From Candidatus Kapaibacterium sp. (lineage in GTDB: Bacteria > Bacteroidota > Ignavibacteria > Kapaibacteriales > UBA2268): 60,287 nt of DNA. The notes under the pieces are model-generated. The model saw only the letters and a list, made by a program, of their open reading frames with translations. It had not been told where the DNA came from and did no database searches. The translations under genes were made by a program, and so were the position numbers. Where the stretch lies: the NCBI GenBank assembly GCA_032027125.1, contig JAVSMQ010000001.1:1234242-1294528 (forward strand), read 5' to 3'. Shown in pieces: positions 10,130 to 19,539 of the stretch (positions are counted from its first letter, which is position 1; every line of letters starts with the position of its first letter).

Positions 10130-11161
10130 CTACATTATCTGTTCAGCCACCTCAACCTTCAGCAGCGAGCGAACATTCTCAATCTGGTTAATAATAGTTG
10201 CGACAGATGAACCTGCAAAGAGCAGTCCAACTGCAATATCATCCAGAGTTGTTATAAGTGAACCCGAGTCTCCACCGGCAGACATATTGGTTGTGATGAT
10301 TTGGTCCTTAAACCTTGCTACCCTTCCGCTGCCATAATTAACATCCACAGTTGCATTGACTGCTGTGATTCTGCCTGTAGTGTAGTTCGTTGTTCTTCCC
10401 GTCTTTTGAACAATCGTACCTACAGTCACTTTAGATTTGGGTTTCCAGCCCCGCACGTAACCTGTCCAATAGATTTCCCTGTCAAGGTCGTGGAACTGTC
10501 CTTCGGCAACTGCAGCATCAACGAGATTGTTTTGGAGTGCAAGAGGAACAGTTGGTGTAAACGCTATTGGTATAAACCGGCTCAAACGTGCGATTCGGTC
10601 AGCCGGATCTACACCGCCATCGTACGGTCCGGGCTGTAGGATTGGGTCGCCGAGTGAAGCATCGTTACTGTTTGCCAAAACATGGTTGTTACTGAGAATG
10701 TAGTACTTGGCAGGGATCCCGACTCCGGGTTGTGGTATAATATCATAAACACAGGTGGCTATAGTACCTGCAGTAATTTTATAATGTCCCACGCTGTACC
10801 CTCCTTCAGCCGGACGGCTGCGTTTTGTAAGAGTCTGTATGCCTGTATTCAGCGGTTCGCTGCCTCCTGCAAAAGGATAACCGACTTCAAGTACGTCGGT
10901 TTGCATATCAGCCAATTTCGTAGGAACAAGGTCACCTTTACTAACCTGATTCTTGTCCAGCTTCTGGTTAACCAATACAACCAGTGCAGGCTCACCTGTG
11001 GGCTGTCCGTTTTTCCATTTAACGCCGACTCCCATACCGACTACATTTCCAGAGCCTCTTTTCACAGGGTCTAAAAAAGCTTCAACACTTGCTGTGTGTG
11101 CTTTTTGTGCCTCTGCCATTGCCGGTTCTGACAATGTCATTTTCTTCACATCCAAAGTCAT
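10130..11161 (-). CDS. Trypsin-like (S1) serine protease, NAL1-like
   Basis: Triad motifs LSNNHVLA, VDAA, GDSGS; V.KTGRTT.YT.G; N-terminal GVGVG.K...V.V..K...TDV domain; no signal peptide. Confidence 0.85.
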   Translation of the reverse strand: MTLDVKKMTLSEPAMAEAQKAHTASVEAFLDPVKRGSGNVVGMGVGVKWKNGQPTGEPALVVLVNQKLDKNQVSKGDLVPTKLADMQTDVLEVGYPFAGGSEPLNTGIQTLTKRSRPAEGGYSVGHYKITAGTIATCVYDIIPQPGVGIPAKYYILSNNHVLANSNDASLGDPILQPGPYDGGVDPADRIARLSRFIPIAFTPTVPLALQNNLVDAAVAEGQFHDLDREIYWTGYVRGWKPKSKVTVGTIVQKTGRTTNYTTGRITAVNATVDVNYGSGRVARFKDQIITTNMSAGGDSGSLITTLDDIAVGLLFAGSSVATIINQIENVRSLLKVEVAEQIM

Positions 11162-11178
11162 GATTATTCCTCCGTTTG

Positions 11179-11406
11179 TTATAAAATTTGTGCCTCTACG
11201 ACACCTATTTCTTTCACATCAGTTTCATATCCATCTAACTTTTTCGGAACAATATCTTTAAGAAGTAAAGCTGACTCAGCAACCTTATGGGTTACAAATA
11301 CCACAATGACTGCCTTACCTGCTTTCTCTCCAATGCCTACTCCGGTTACATTGGGCAGACTCATAAGCCGTTCCTCGTTTTTCTCTTTTACTGAATCAAT
11401 ACTCAT
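11179..11406 (-). CDS. Stand-alone homologue of the protease N-terminal domain
   Basis: NVTGVGIGEK...IVVFVTHKV...IVPKKL.GYETDVKEIG aligns by eye with NVVGMGVGVK...LVVLVNQKL...LVPTKL.DMQTDVLEVG; GGAGG SD before MSIDSV. Confidence 0.75.
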   Translation of the reverse strand: MSIDSVKEKNEERLMSLPNVTGVGIGEKAGKAVIVVFVTHKVAESALLLKDIVPKKLDGYETDVKEIGVVEAQIL

Positions 11407-11706
11407 CTTAGTACCTCCTTTATACAAAAACGGAATATTATTCATAAAATTTAAACTACAGTCGGTGAAATCATCAAAAAAACGTTTATCATACTTATTA
11501 ACAAATTCTCAAAAAATATCATTTAAAAATATAATTATTTTCAAAAAAAAACAAGTAATATATTGTAATTAATAATATTTTTTGAACGAAATATATATTT
11601 AATAAACCTTGTTATATTTACTATTTATTAAATCAAAGATTTTAAATATACATAAGAAAATAACCTGCAATTTAATATTGCCCGTTAACAACTGAATATA
11701 TTTAAA

Positions 11707-13029
11707 TTAATGCACTTCTGCCCAGCCAAAACCTTTTACATTTGTTACTTCAAAGTCATTTACATAAATATCAGCTTTTATATTAAATACTCCTTCATAT
11801 TTTTTTACCGCACTTACAACCTGATTGTTATTTATTGCTTCACCGTAAATAACTGTTGATTTACCGTTAGGCACACTTAATGTGAGTTTGAATTTTACAG
11901 GATAATTTTCCCAATACTCAATTACTTCAAATTGTATGTTATTCATAGACCACTCAAATGCTGCCAGACGTGAACCGTTTTCATTTTTCTTGCTGTGGTA
12001 CGGGTCATCATAATAAAAATGTGCCATTGAAAGTGTACTAATTTCGCCTGATGCATCTTTGACCTCAACAATCGAAATCATCATAGCTGCCTGAATCCCA
12101 TAATAACCTTCGATTTCGGGAAATTGCAGTGCAAAAAACTGCCAGGTTGCCGAACCCAAAACCGGAAGGCTTTCAGCATTAAAACCCTGAACTACATAAT
12201 CAATCCACATATTTCCTTTTGTACCGGAAAAATAGGGCTTTCCGTTTTTTATAATATTGAAATGTTCTACTTTCAATAAAGGGATTGTGAAGTAATAGGA
12301 ACCTTGTCCGGTCATATCATCCTGCGACTGCTCCAAATATTTGTTCACATCACTATTATACTTATCATTAATTATATCGCGTTGGTTTTTGTTAAGCCAT
12401 TGAGGAAGAAACGATGATGGTCCATATCCAACCTGAATTGTTCCGAATGTATCAGTCATTTCAAGTTCGTATTCCCACTCGTCAAGCAAGTCCGGTTCAG
12501 TAATCACACGACCTGTCATCCGGTATTTTGCACCTGCTTCTCCCATTCGTCCTGAAAAGAGGGTGAGACTTATTAAACCTCCGTATATAGGATTAGCATC
12601 AACAGTTATCGCAAAAGGACTGGAATATTCAACGTTATTTTCATTTTCCAAAATGAATGGAGCCAGAACATACCCTTTTGTCTGTTCATCACAATACGAC
12701 CATTCTGCAATGTATGGAGGTTGATTAGGCATTATTTGATATTGTACTATACTGCTAATTGCTGCGGTTATACCGTTATCATCCGTAATATTACCAAAGA
12801 AACACCACGAACTCATATTATACCGCGGGTGATATTTGGAAAACCAACCGGCTAATTGTTCAGGGCTCTGACCAGGTGGTAAAATTGCTTTTGAACTATA
12901 AAAGTTCTGAATTGTCTCATTGCCGATCGGCAGGCTTTTTATATCATTTTTGAGTTTTTTCAATGCCTGTTTAATGTCGGTAGAAACGACTTTTTCGGTA
13001 TGTAAAAGGTATCGGAAAATCTTGTTCAT
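11707..13029 (-). CDS. Lipocalin-like / AttH-CrtC (hydratase-like) domain protein
   Basis: SSWCFFGNI, SYYFTIP, GNMWID, WQFFALQ, YEG and G.GWAE resemble AttH/CrtC-family motifs; start placed at MNKIFR. Confidence 0.55.
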   Translation of the reverse strand: MNKIFRYLLHTEKVVSTDIKQALKKLKNDIKSLPIGNETIQNFYSSKAILPPGQSPEQLAGWFSKYHPRYNMSSWCFFGNITDDNGITAAISSIVQYQIMPNQPPYIAEWSYCDEQTKGYVLAPFILENENNVEYSSPFAITVDANPIYGGLISLTLFSGRMGEAGAKYRMTGRVITEPDLLDEWEYELEMTDTFGTIQVGYGPSSFLPQWLNKNQRDIINDKYNSDVNKYLEQSQDDMTGQGSYYFTIPLLKVEHFNIIKNGKPYFSGTKGNMWIDYVVQGFNAESLPVLGSATWQFFALQFPEIEGYYGIQAAMMISIVEVKDASGEISTLSMAHFYYDDPYHSKKNENGSRLAAFEWSMNNIQFEVIEYWENYPVKFKLTLSVPNGKSTVIYGEAINNNQVVSAVKKYEGVFNIKADIYVNDFEVTNVKGFGWAEVH

Positions 13030-13205
13030 AATGCCTCTTGTTAAAAATTTTACTGGAAACAGCTTTTGGTCAAAACACATTAAAATTACTTACAAATTTA
13101 GCGAATTATTTAATGCAATCCAAACAAAATAAATAGGCATGACTATGAAGGTGAGATTAGGTAGTTAAGACCTTTTAACTGAAAACTATTTTAGTATTTC
13201 CAAAT

Positions 13206-13514
13206 TTATTCAAAATCGTAATTTCTTTTTTCTATTGGAATCTGCTTAACTTTTGCAATATTATCTAAAATCTTATCAAAAGTTTTATTTAATCTTGTCA
13301 AGCTTGGAAATGTTTCAAAAAAGATATCTTCTAAATCTTCCCTGCCAGCATTTTTTAATTCATTTATTAAAAGAATTGATTTATCAATATATTCTTCTTC
13401 GTCATTGCATTCATCTGCCAGTAATCCGAATTGTAAAGTCAAATCGTGATTAAATTTCTTAGATTCGGTCATAATAGCCCGGTATGTCTCATTTGATAAA
13501 TTATCAGTATCCAT
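13206..13514 (-). CDS. Hypothetical protein
   Basis: 102-aa ORF, MDTDNLS.ETY.AI...HDLTLQFGLL. Confidence 0.7.
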   Translation of the reverse strand: MDTDNLSNETYRAIMTESKKFNHDLTLQFGLLADECNDEEEYIDKSILLINELKNAGREDLEDIFFETFPSLTRLNKTFDKILDNIAKVKQIPIEKRNYDFE

Positions 13515-13543
13515 TTAAAAATATTTATCCGTTTTTTGTAAAT

Positions 13544-14026
13544 TCATTCTTTTTCACGTATTTTATCTATAACCCAAGGTATAATAGTATCAAATTCGAT
13601 TTGAACTAATCCTTGTATATCATTAAAAAAAGTTAAATCGTTTGCTTCAGAAAATCCAATTGAGAAATTATCCGCAATCGTTGTCAAATCGAATGTGAAT
13701 CCACCGTTAGGTAAGGAAACCCTACAATCTTTACCTTTTAAAATTTTTCCTTTAAAATGAAACCATCCGCTAATATTATGAAATCCATTGAGAAGGGTCT
13801 CAAAACTCATAATTTCAATTTCTTTTTTATAATCTATACCTACATCTATAAATAATTTTAAAATCTCATTCGGAAATATTTTGTCTCTATAGGCAATATA
13901 ATTTTTACATTCATTACATATACATAAATCTGCTCCACTTTCTTTAATCTGTGAATACGTATCCAATGTTAATTGTTTATCAAACTCAAATGTCCAATCA
14001 CGATATGTAAGTGTTCTAATTTTCAT
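13544..14026 (-). CDS. Hypothetical protein with CxCxxC motif
   Basis: CICNECKNY...G.D..KE.E...GWFHFKG...IPWV. Confidence 0.75.
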   Translation of the reverse strand: MKIRTLTYRDWTFEFDKQLTLDTYSQIKESGADLCICNECKNYIAYRDKIFPNEILKLFIDVGIDYKKEIEIMSFETLLNGFHNISGWFHFKGKILKGKDCRVSLPNGGFTFDLTTIADNFSIGFSEANDLTFFNDIQGLVQIEFDTIIPWVIDKIREKE

Positions 14027-14062
14027 CTTTTTGTCAATAATTATCCATAAAACAATTTTTGC

Positions 14063-14506
14063 TTAGTATGACGCAAAACCAGTGTTAGGCATCGTTTTAT
14101 TCTTTTTCAGTTTTTTAATCAATGTTTTTCCAATATACACAAATATCAAATAAGGTATGAATATTAGATATCCGAAAATTGCCTTAATTGGCCAACCAAT
14201 TCCCATAATACTGGTTTCAAGGCTTTTCACTTGCTCCATGTTCTCAGGTGAAACATTTCTATAAAATTCTGTTTCGCTCATTCCATCCATATTGTATCCA
14301 TAGTGTTTTAGTAAAATCAAATCTGATTCATAGCTATACCAAGCAAAAATCATCGCCAGAATTCCATGTACAAACAAGCTAATCATGGAATATAAAATCA
14401 AAGTCCGTTTGGCTTTTAATCTGTTTAGTATGATAAGAAGTAAAATCGGAGACGCAAGGAGTAATCCAAAAATCAGAAAGTTTGTTATTGTTATTAATGA
14501 CTCCAT
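14063..14506 (-). CDS. Hypothetical membrane protein in an integron-cassette-like unit
   Basis: Three hydrophobic segments; bracketed on the coding strand by GTTAGGC (14546-14552) and GCCTAAC (14084-14090). Confidence 0.7.
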   Translation of the reverse strand: MESLITITNFLIFGLLLASPILLLIILNRLKAKRTLILYSMISLFVHGILAMIFAWYSYESDLILLKHYGYNMDGMSETEFYRNVSPENMEQVKSLETSIMGIGWPIKAIFGYLIFIPYLIFVYIGKTLIKKLKKNKTMPNTGFASY

Positions 14507-14688
14507 ATCAATCAATTCGTATTTCGATGTTGTTTTTAAAATGAGGCCTAACAATTATTTTGACGCAATAAGTAAAATTATATTTAATAAAATATTTGTA
14601 AATGCTTGGGCTCCAAAAACTCACTTATCTACATTCTTTCAACAAATGATTTACAAACTTACCAGATTTTAATAATCTGCAAAATAAG

Positions 14689-15006
14689 CTAAGCAATTAC
14701 GATTTCAATCCCGGTCTTTTCAATTTCACGGGCAAAAGGATTTTGTGAAATAAAATCTTTATTTGATATTGGATGCGGCTCAATACGGGTATCAAATTCA
14801 GAAGCTAATATTAATAACTGAACCTGCATCTCAAATTTATCTGAATCCTCTAAATTATTCATTATGAAAGCAATGTCAATATCACTATCAACAACCTGTT
14901 TATTTTTGGCATAAGAACCAAATAAATAAACTTTTGCCAAACTATTAAAATTTTCTGCTACCTTTTGTATGTATGGTCTTACTGAATTAAAAATTTCATT
15001 ATCCAT
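14689..15006 (-). CDS. Minimal nucleotidyltransferase (MNT) antitoxin
   Basis: YLFGSYAK...DSDIDIA motif; overlaps the HEPN gene. Confidence 0.9.
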   Translation of the reverse strand: MDNEIFNSVRPYIQKVAENFNSLAKVYLFGSYAKNKQVVDSDIDIAFIMNNLEDSDKFEMQVQLLILASEFDTRIEPHPISNKDFISQNPFAREIEKTGIEIVIA

Positions 15007-15386
15007 TCTCTGTTTTCCTTAATTTTTTCTATCCAGAAGGAAGTATATTCATAAGTACATTTTTGCTTAAAACTCATTTTGTAATCATCGTAGCGTGTGT
15101 TAATATTAAATGCTGTTACGGTAGCAAAAAATAATTTCTTATCATCTGATAAATCTAAATTATTCAATTCGGCAAGTCTTAGTAGATTATGTATAAACGG
15201 AGGATGTGCATTATGAATCTTGATATAAAGAGCTTTTAATAACTTCTCAACAGATAAATGCCCCACAAATAATGCAAAGCTATATCTATTATTCTCAAAA
15301 AGTGTCATCATAGTTTCAAAATCATCATCAGAACTTGTAATCCAATAATCTAAATACTTCTCAATATTAAAATCTTTATCTGGCAT
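14979..15386 (-). CDS. HEPN-domain protein (HEPN-MNT TA)
   Basis: ALF.GHL.VEKLLKA...PPFIHNLLRL...RY motif. Confidence 0.9.
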   Translation of the reverse strand: MPDKDFNIEKYLDYWITSSDDDFETMMTLFENNRYSFALFVGHLSVEKLLKALYIKIHNAHPPFIHNLLRLAELNNLDLSDDKKLFFATVTAFNINTRYDDYKMSFKQKCTYEYTSFWIEKIKENREWIMKFLIQ

Positions 15387-15760
15387 TTTTTGACGAATAA
15401 GTTAAACATAAATAAATTTACGTAAATACGGTCTGTTTATTATTAATGTCTATTTGAATTTTGATAAAATGATATACATTTACCTACATCATCTCAATAA
15501 ATGATTTACAAACTTACCAAATTCTTAAATACAATCCAAACAAAAAAGATGTCTTGTACTTTAAAAATGAAACTCTTCTAATTCAAAACTTCAAACTAAG
15601 AACTAAAAACTATTTAAGAATTTCCAAATCTTATAAAAATTCGCTGATTTTAATTTGGGTTGGGATTTTAGTTTACATTTTGACACATTATAAAGAATCA
15701 GACTTCTGAGAACTGAACCTTCTACAATAAAACAATAATACGAAAAATGCAAATGTGCTA

Positions 15761-16429
15761 TTAGCGGTAATTTATTCTTCTAATTTCATCTATCTCTGCA
15801 AAATCCTTCTTTAATACAAGTACTCCAAACGGGGTCATCCCAATACAATATTTTAGTCCACTGGCTTGCTCTACATATAACATCACATACCCGGTCTTAT
15901 AAAAAATAATATCGCCACTTTTTAGAACATTTGTTCGTTCTAATTGATTTCTTAGCTCTTGTTTTGATAGTGAGTTAGAAGATAAATATCTATTATTATA
16001 CAACACATAATTCATCATTGAAGGAGAGTCAAATCCAATATTCGGATCTCTACCACCTAACCTAAACTTAACTCCCCGCTCTTTTAGTTCAAAAATGGAA
16101 CTCAGAATAGCTGTAACTCTTGGTTGTTGTGAATAGAGAAGTTTTATATCCATAAATGTAAGATTAATACTTTGACCAACAAATTTATTGGCTTCTGATA
16201 ATCTTGTCTCTAAATCAAGAACTCTTTGCTGACTTTCAATAATCTTAACATTCAGTTCAATAGCTTCTTTTTCTAATTTACCAACTTCACGGGCTGTCCA
16301 AAGAAGCCATACAAATCCAATCAGGATAGGAATAATTGTGTAAATAATCACTCTACGCCTTGCTTTCTTTTCTTTGATAAGAATTGAATTGTAGAGACTA
16401 TTTAGATTGATATTTGCTTCATTTTCCAT
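15761..16429 (-). CDS. Membrane-anchored coiled-coil protein with a degenerate NlpC/P60-like domain
   Basis: TM + coiled coil, then F.LGG.DP..GFDSPSMMNYV and LKSGDIIFY..GYVMLY, versus canonical GFDCSG and PGDLVFF..HVGIY. Confidence 0.6.
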   Translation of the reverse strand: MENEANINLNSLYNSILIKEKKARRRVIIYTIIPILIGFVWLLWTAREVGKLEKEAIELNVKIIESQQRVLDLETRLSEANKFVGQSINLTFMDIKLLYSQQPRVTAILSSIFELKERGVKFRLGGRDPNIGFDSPSMMNYVLYNNRYLSSNSLSKQELRNQLERTNVLKSGDIIFYKTGYVMLYVEQASGLKYCIGMTPFGVLVLKKDFAEIDEIRRINYR

Positions 16430-16431
16430 CT

Positions 16432-16755
16432 TTATAACTTTTCCAAAATTTTATTAAATAATGTACTTTCTATAGAAGTATTATTATTAATATTTGATAT
16501 CAAATATTCTAAATCTAAAATCTTATCTTTTCTTTTTGATTTTTCGCCTTGAAGATACAACGGAACGACAAGATTAATAAGACCAAATCCATATTTGGCA
16601 TATTCAATTATAACCTTTTCATTCAAAGAAGCAGTAATTGGCAATATTAGAAAACATATTCCGATTATAATCAAAGAAATTGATAAAATATTAAATGTTC
16701 TGATACTGCCATTTAATATCTTAATTCGTGATTCTATGTATTCTTTACTGTTCAA
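16432..16755 (-). CDS. Two-TM hypothetical protein
   Basis: Two hydrophobic helices; TTG start; ends 2 bp before the next gene. Confidence 0.6.
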   Translation of the reverse strand: MNSKEYIESRIKILNGSIRTFNILSISLIIIGICFLILPITASLNEKVIIEYAKYGFGLINLVVPLYLQGEKSKRKDKILDLEYLISNINNNTSIESTLFNKILEKL

Positions 16756-17061
16756 ATTGCAATCAATATTCTAAAAACTAAAGCACAATTCACGATTTTT
16801 CTAATAAACAAAATTGAATTTAGCTGAATGAAAATTTTCTTGAACAATTGTATAAACGCAATGAGCAAAATAATATTTAACAAAATATTTGTAATTGCTC
16901 TTATTCAAATACTATATCACTTATCTACATCCCTTCAATAAATGATTTATAAAATTAATCAAAATTCAATTATCTTTTGAATAATAACCGATTTGATTTG
17001 GAGCCAGATTCTATCTATAAGAACAGTCCTCATTTATCATCATTTAGTAGCAACTCAATTA

Positions 17062-17742
17062 TTAGTAAATAAAAGGGATTAATGAATAAGTTGATTTCTT
17101 ATATTCATCCCATTCATCTTTAAATTCAATTCTCAATAATTCTTCCTCATCTTTAATTCTCCAAAGTATTACACCGATTACAAATAAATCAAGTATTAAG
17201 GGAATGATAGAGACAAATGTAATTGGAATTCCAACTATGAAAACAATAATCCCTAAATATCTTGGATGTCTTATTATACCATACGGACAATTTTTAATTA
17301 ATTTATGATTATCCTGAATTGTTACGTTTAGACTAAAATGCTTTCCTAAGACAATTATTGACCAATTCATGAAGAAAAAACCAATAATCGAAAAAAGTAA
17401 TCCGATAAGTCGAATATAATCATTATCACTAAACGTAAAAATACTATATCTGTCAAAATATGGTGAAAAAATCATTATAAGAATTGGGACAATCTGCAAA
17501 GTTAAAATTGTGAATTTTTGTCGTTTGACTAATTTCTTTTTATCACCATCCCCAAAACCACGACCTTCATTTGGAACAAAAATTACCACTAAAAAAGTTG
17601 AGAATGTCATTATCACTAAAAATGCCATCCGGTAAAAATTTCCAAAATAGCCATCTAAATCTGAAATACCCCATCCCAAAATTGGTAACAAAACAAAAAT
17701 TACTATTCCGACTAAAAATGATATTATTTTTTTCATAATCAA
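17062..17742 (-). CDS. Isoprenylcysteine carboxyl methyltransferase (ICMT/PEMT) family membrane protein
   Basis: LGKHFS...HKLI...PY.IIRHPRYLG...RI..EE..L...F..EW..Y. Confidence 0.9.
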   Translation of the reverse strand: MIMKKIISFLVGIVIFVLLPILGWGISDLDGYFGNFYRMAFLVIMTFSTFLVVIFVPNEGRGFGDGDKKKLVKRQKFTILTLQIVPILIMIFSPYFDRYSIFTFSDNDYIRLIGLLFSIIGFFFMNWSIIVLGKHFSLNVTIQDNHKLIKNCPYGIIRHPRYLGIIVFIVGIPITFVSIIPLILDLFVIGVILWRIKDEEELLRIEFKDEWDEYKKSTYSLIPFIY

Positions 17743-17986
17743 AACCTTTTACTTTTTGTAAATCTGATTTTTTTTGCATATATAGTAACAATTTTAAACG
17801 GAATTTTATTTATATTATTTTAATACAAGCTCTATTAGAAACTCTCTGCGATGGCATTAATAGACTGAAATAATATTAATAAATCAATCTCACTTATCTA
17901 CATCATCTCAATAAATGATTTACAAATTTAAATAAAAATGAGCAGTTAATCAAAGAACTCACAGGAATATTATTTGTTTATAGTTT

Positions 17987-18020
17987 ATTCATCCGATGAC
18001 TTAGAGCCATCGGATGAGTA
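17987..18020. terminator. Palindrome after hom (terminator or REP)
   Basis: ttcatccgatg-acttagagc-catcggatgag. Confidence 0.55.
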
Positions 18021-18033
18021 TTATAAAAAAAAA

Positions 18034-19230
18034 CTAAAACCTCGGCTCACCTACATTTCGGATTATAGAAATTTCATTATCTTTGAAAATATCGGAACTG
18101 ATAAGTTTCTCAAAATTGATTTCACCTTTGATATAGTGATATTCCGGCGAACTGTATGTTTCCCTTATAAAGCTGAATAATGATAAATCGAAATTGTGCG
18201 ATGCCGGAAATCTCACATAAACATCAATTGTAAAGTCATTACTCAGTTTTGATGTGTGATTCTGATAATATTTCTTGTACTCGTATTTGTAATCATAAGT
18301 TAGAGCCGAAATATCAGAAAGGACTGCCGAACCGGTTGGCAAACTTCCTGCCCCCTTTCCATAAAAAAACTGATTTTCCGAAAAGAAACTTTCAACTTTT
18401 ATACCGTTGAATTCATAATCAACATTGAAAAGCGAACTTGATTTTTCAACGAATTTCGGCAGCACAAATGCGTAAATATTTGAACCGACTTTTCGGCAGT
18501 ATGCTACAAGTTTGATATTAAATCCTTTTTCCTTTGCGTATGTAATGTCAAAATCGTTTATACGGGATATACCGAGATTATAAATTTGTTCCGGTTTGAC
18601 AATATGTCCGAAAGTATGCGCCAGTAAAATGCAGAGCTTATATTTCGGGTCGTAACCTTCTATGTCAAGTGTCGGGTCAGTTTCCAGAAAACCGTTGACC
18701 CTTGCAATTTCGAGTGCAGCATTGAAATCCACATTTTCATTAAATACTTTTGTCATAATGTAATTTGTCGAGCCGTTGAAAATACCTTCAACCGAATTGA
18801 GTAAATCGTTATCATAATATTCTTCGAGATTACGTATAATCGGAATAGAAGCACAGCACGAAGCCTCATAGAGCAAAGCTGAATTATATTCTTTCTGCAG
18901 ATGAAACAATTCCTCAAAATGTTCTGCCACCATTTTTTTATTTGCCGTAACAACTTTTTTGCCGGACTTCAAAGCGCGCGTTACAATTTCATAAGCTGCT
19001 TCGGGGTCGTCAATCAGTTCAACTACAACATTTATTTCAGGATTATTCAGAATTTCATCACGGTCGAAAGTGAAATAATCCATCGGTATACTTCTTTCTT
19101 TTGAGCGGTCTTTCACGCATATTTTAACAATTTCAGCCTTCATTCCTTTCGTCTGCTCAAGAACATTGAAAAGCCCTTGTCCTACACATCCGAATCCGAA
19201 AATTCCCAACTTTATTTTATTTCTCTGCAT
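18034..19230 (-). CDS. hom: Homoserine dehydrogenase
   Basis: GFGCVG, VVTANK, YEASC.ASIPII, GIFNGSTNY, E.DPTLDIEG.D, GKGAG.LPT.SAV. Confidence 0.95.
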   Translation of the reverse strand: MQRNKIKLGIFGFGCVGQGLFNVLEQTKGMKAEIVKICVKDRSKERSIPMDYFTFDRDEILNNPEINVVVELIDDPEAAYEIVTRALKSGKKVVTANKKMVAEHFEELFHLQKEYNSALLYEASCCASIPIIRNLEEYYDNDLLNSVEGIFNGSTNYIMTKVFNENVDFNAALEIARVNGFLETDPTLDIEGYDPKYKLCILLAHTFGHIVKPEQIYNLGISRINDFDITYAKEKGFNIKLVAYCRKVGSNIYAFVLPKFVEKSSSLFNVDYEFNGIKVESFFSENQFFYGKGAGSLPTGSAVLSDISALTYDYKYEYKKYYQNHTSKLSNDFTIDVYVRFPASHNFDLSLFSFIRETYSSPEYHYIKGEINFEKLISSDIFKDNEISIIRNVGEPRF

Positions 19231-19273
19231 TTTTATTTTCCTTATTTTCTATTCTATATAGTTTAGTTAAATA

Positions 19274-19333
19274 GTTACCCTGAGCTTTGCCGGAAGGTGC
19301 AACAATTTGTCCTTCGAGTTTGCTCAGGATGAT
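19274..19333. repeat. REP-like palindrome pair (GTyAyCCTGAGC...CGAAGG type)
   Basis: gttaccctgagctttgccggaagg ... ccttcgagtttgctcaggatgat form an imperfect inverted pair. Confidence 0.65.
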
Positions 19334-19410
19334 ATTCTTACAATTTTTCATTGATTGGATTACTTTGTTTTCAAAATAATTATGTCAAACCACCAAATTT
19401 AAGCCTATGA

Positions 19411-19537
19411 GTCTGTTGAAAAAGTCAATATTTCCAAATCTCAAGTCAAACAAGGATGTTTGACCTACTTTGATTTCAATAACTTAGTAGTACAAGAATC
19501 CTTGCTTGTTTATCGTTAAAATACTTTCTCAACAGTC
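19411..19537. mobile_element. MITE copy 1 (127 bp, 15-bp imperfect TIRs, IS1182-like ends)
   Basis: gtctgttgaaaaagt ... actttctcaacagtc; highly similar inverted copy at 54046-54174. Confidence 0.75.
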
Positions 19538-19539
19538 AT

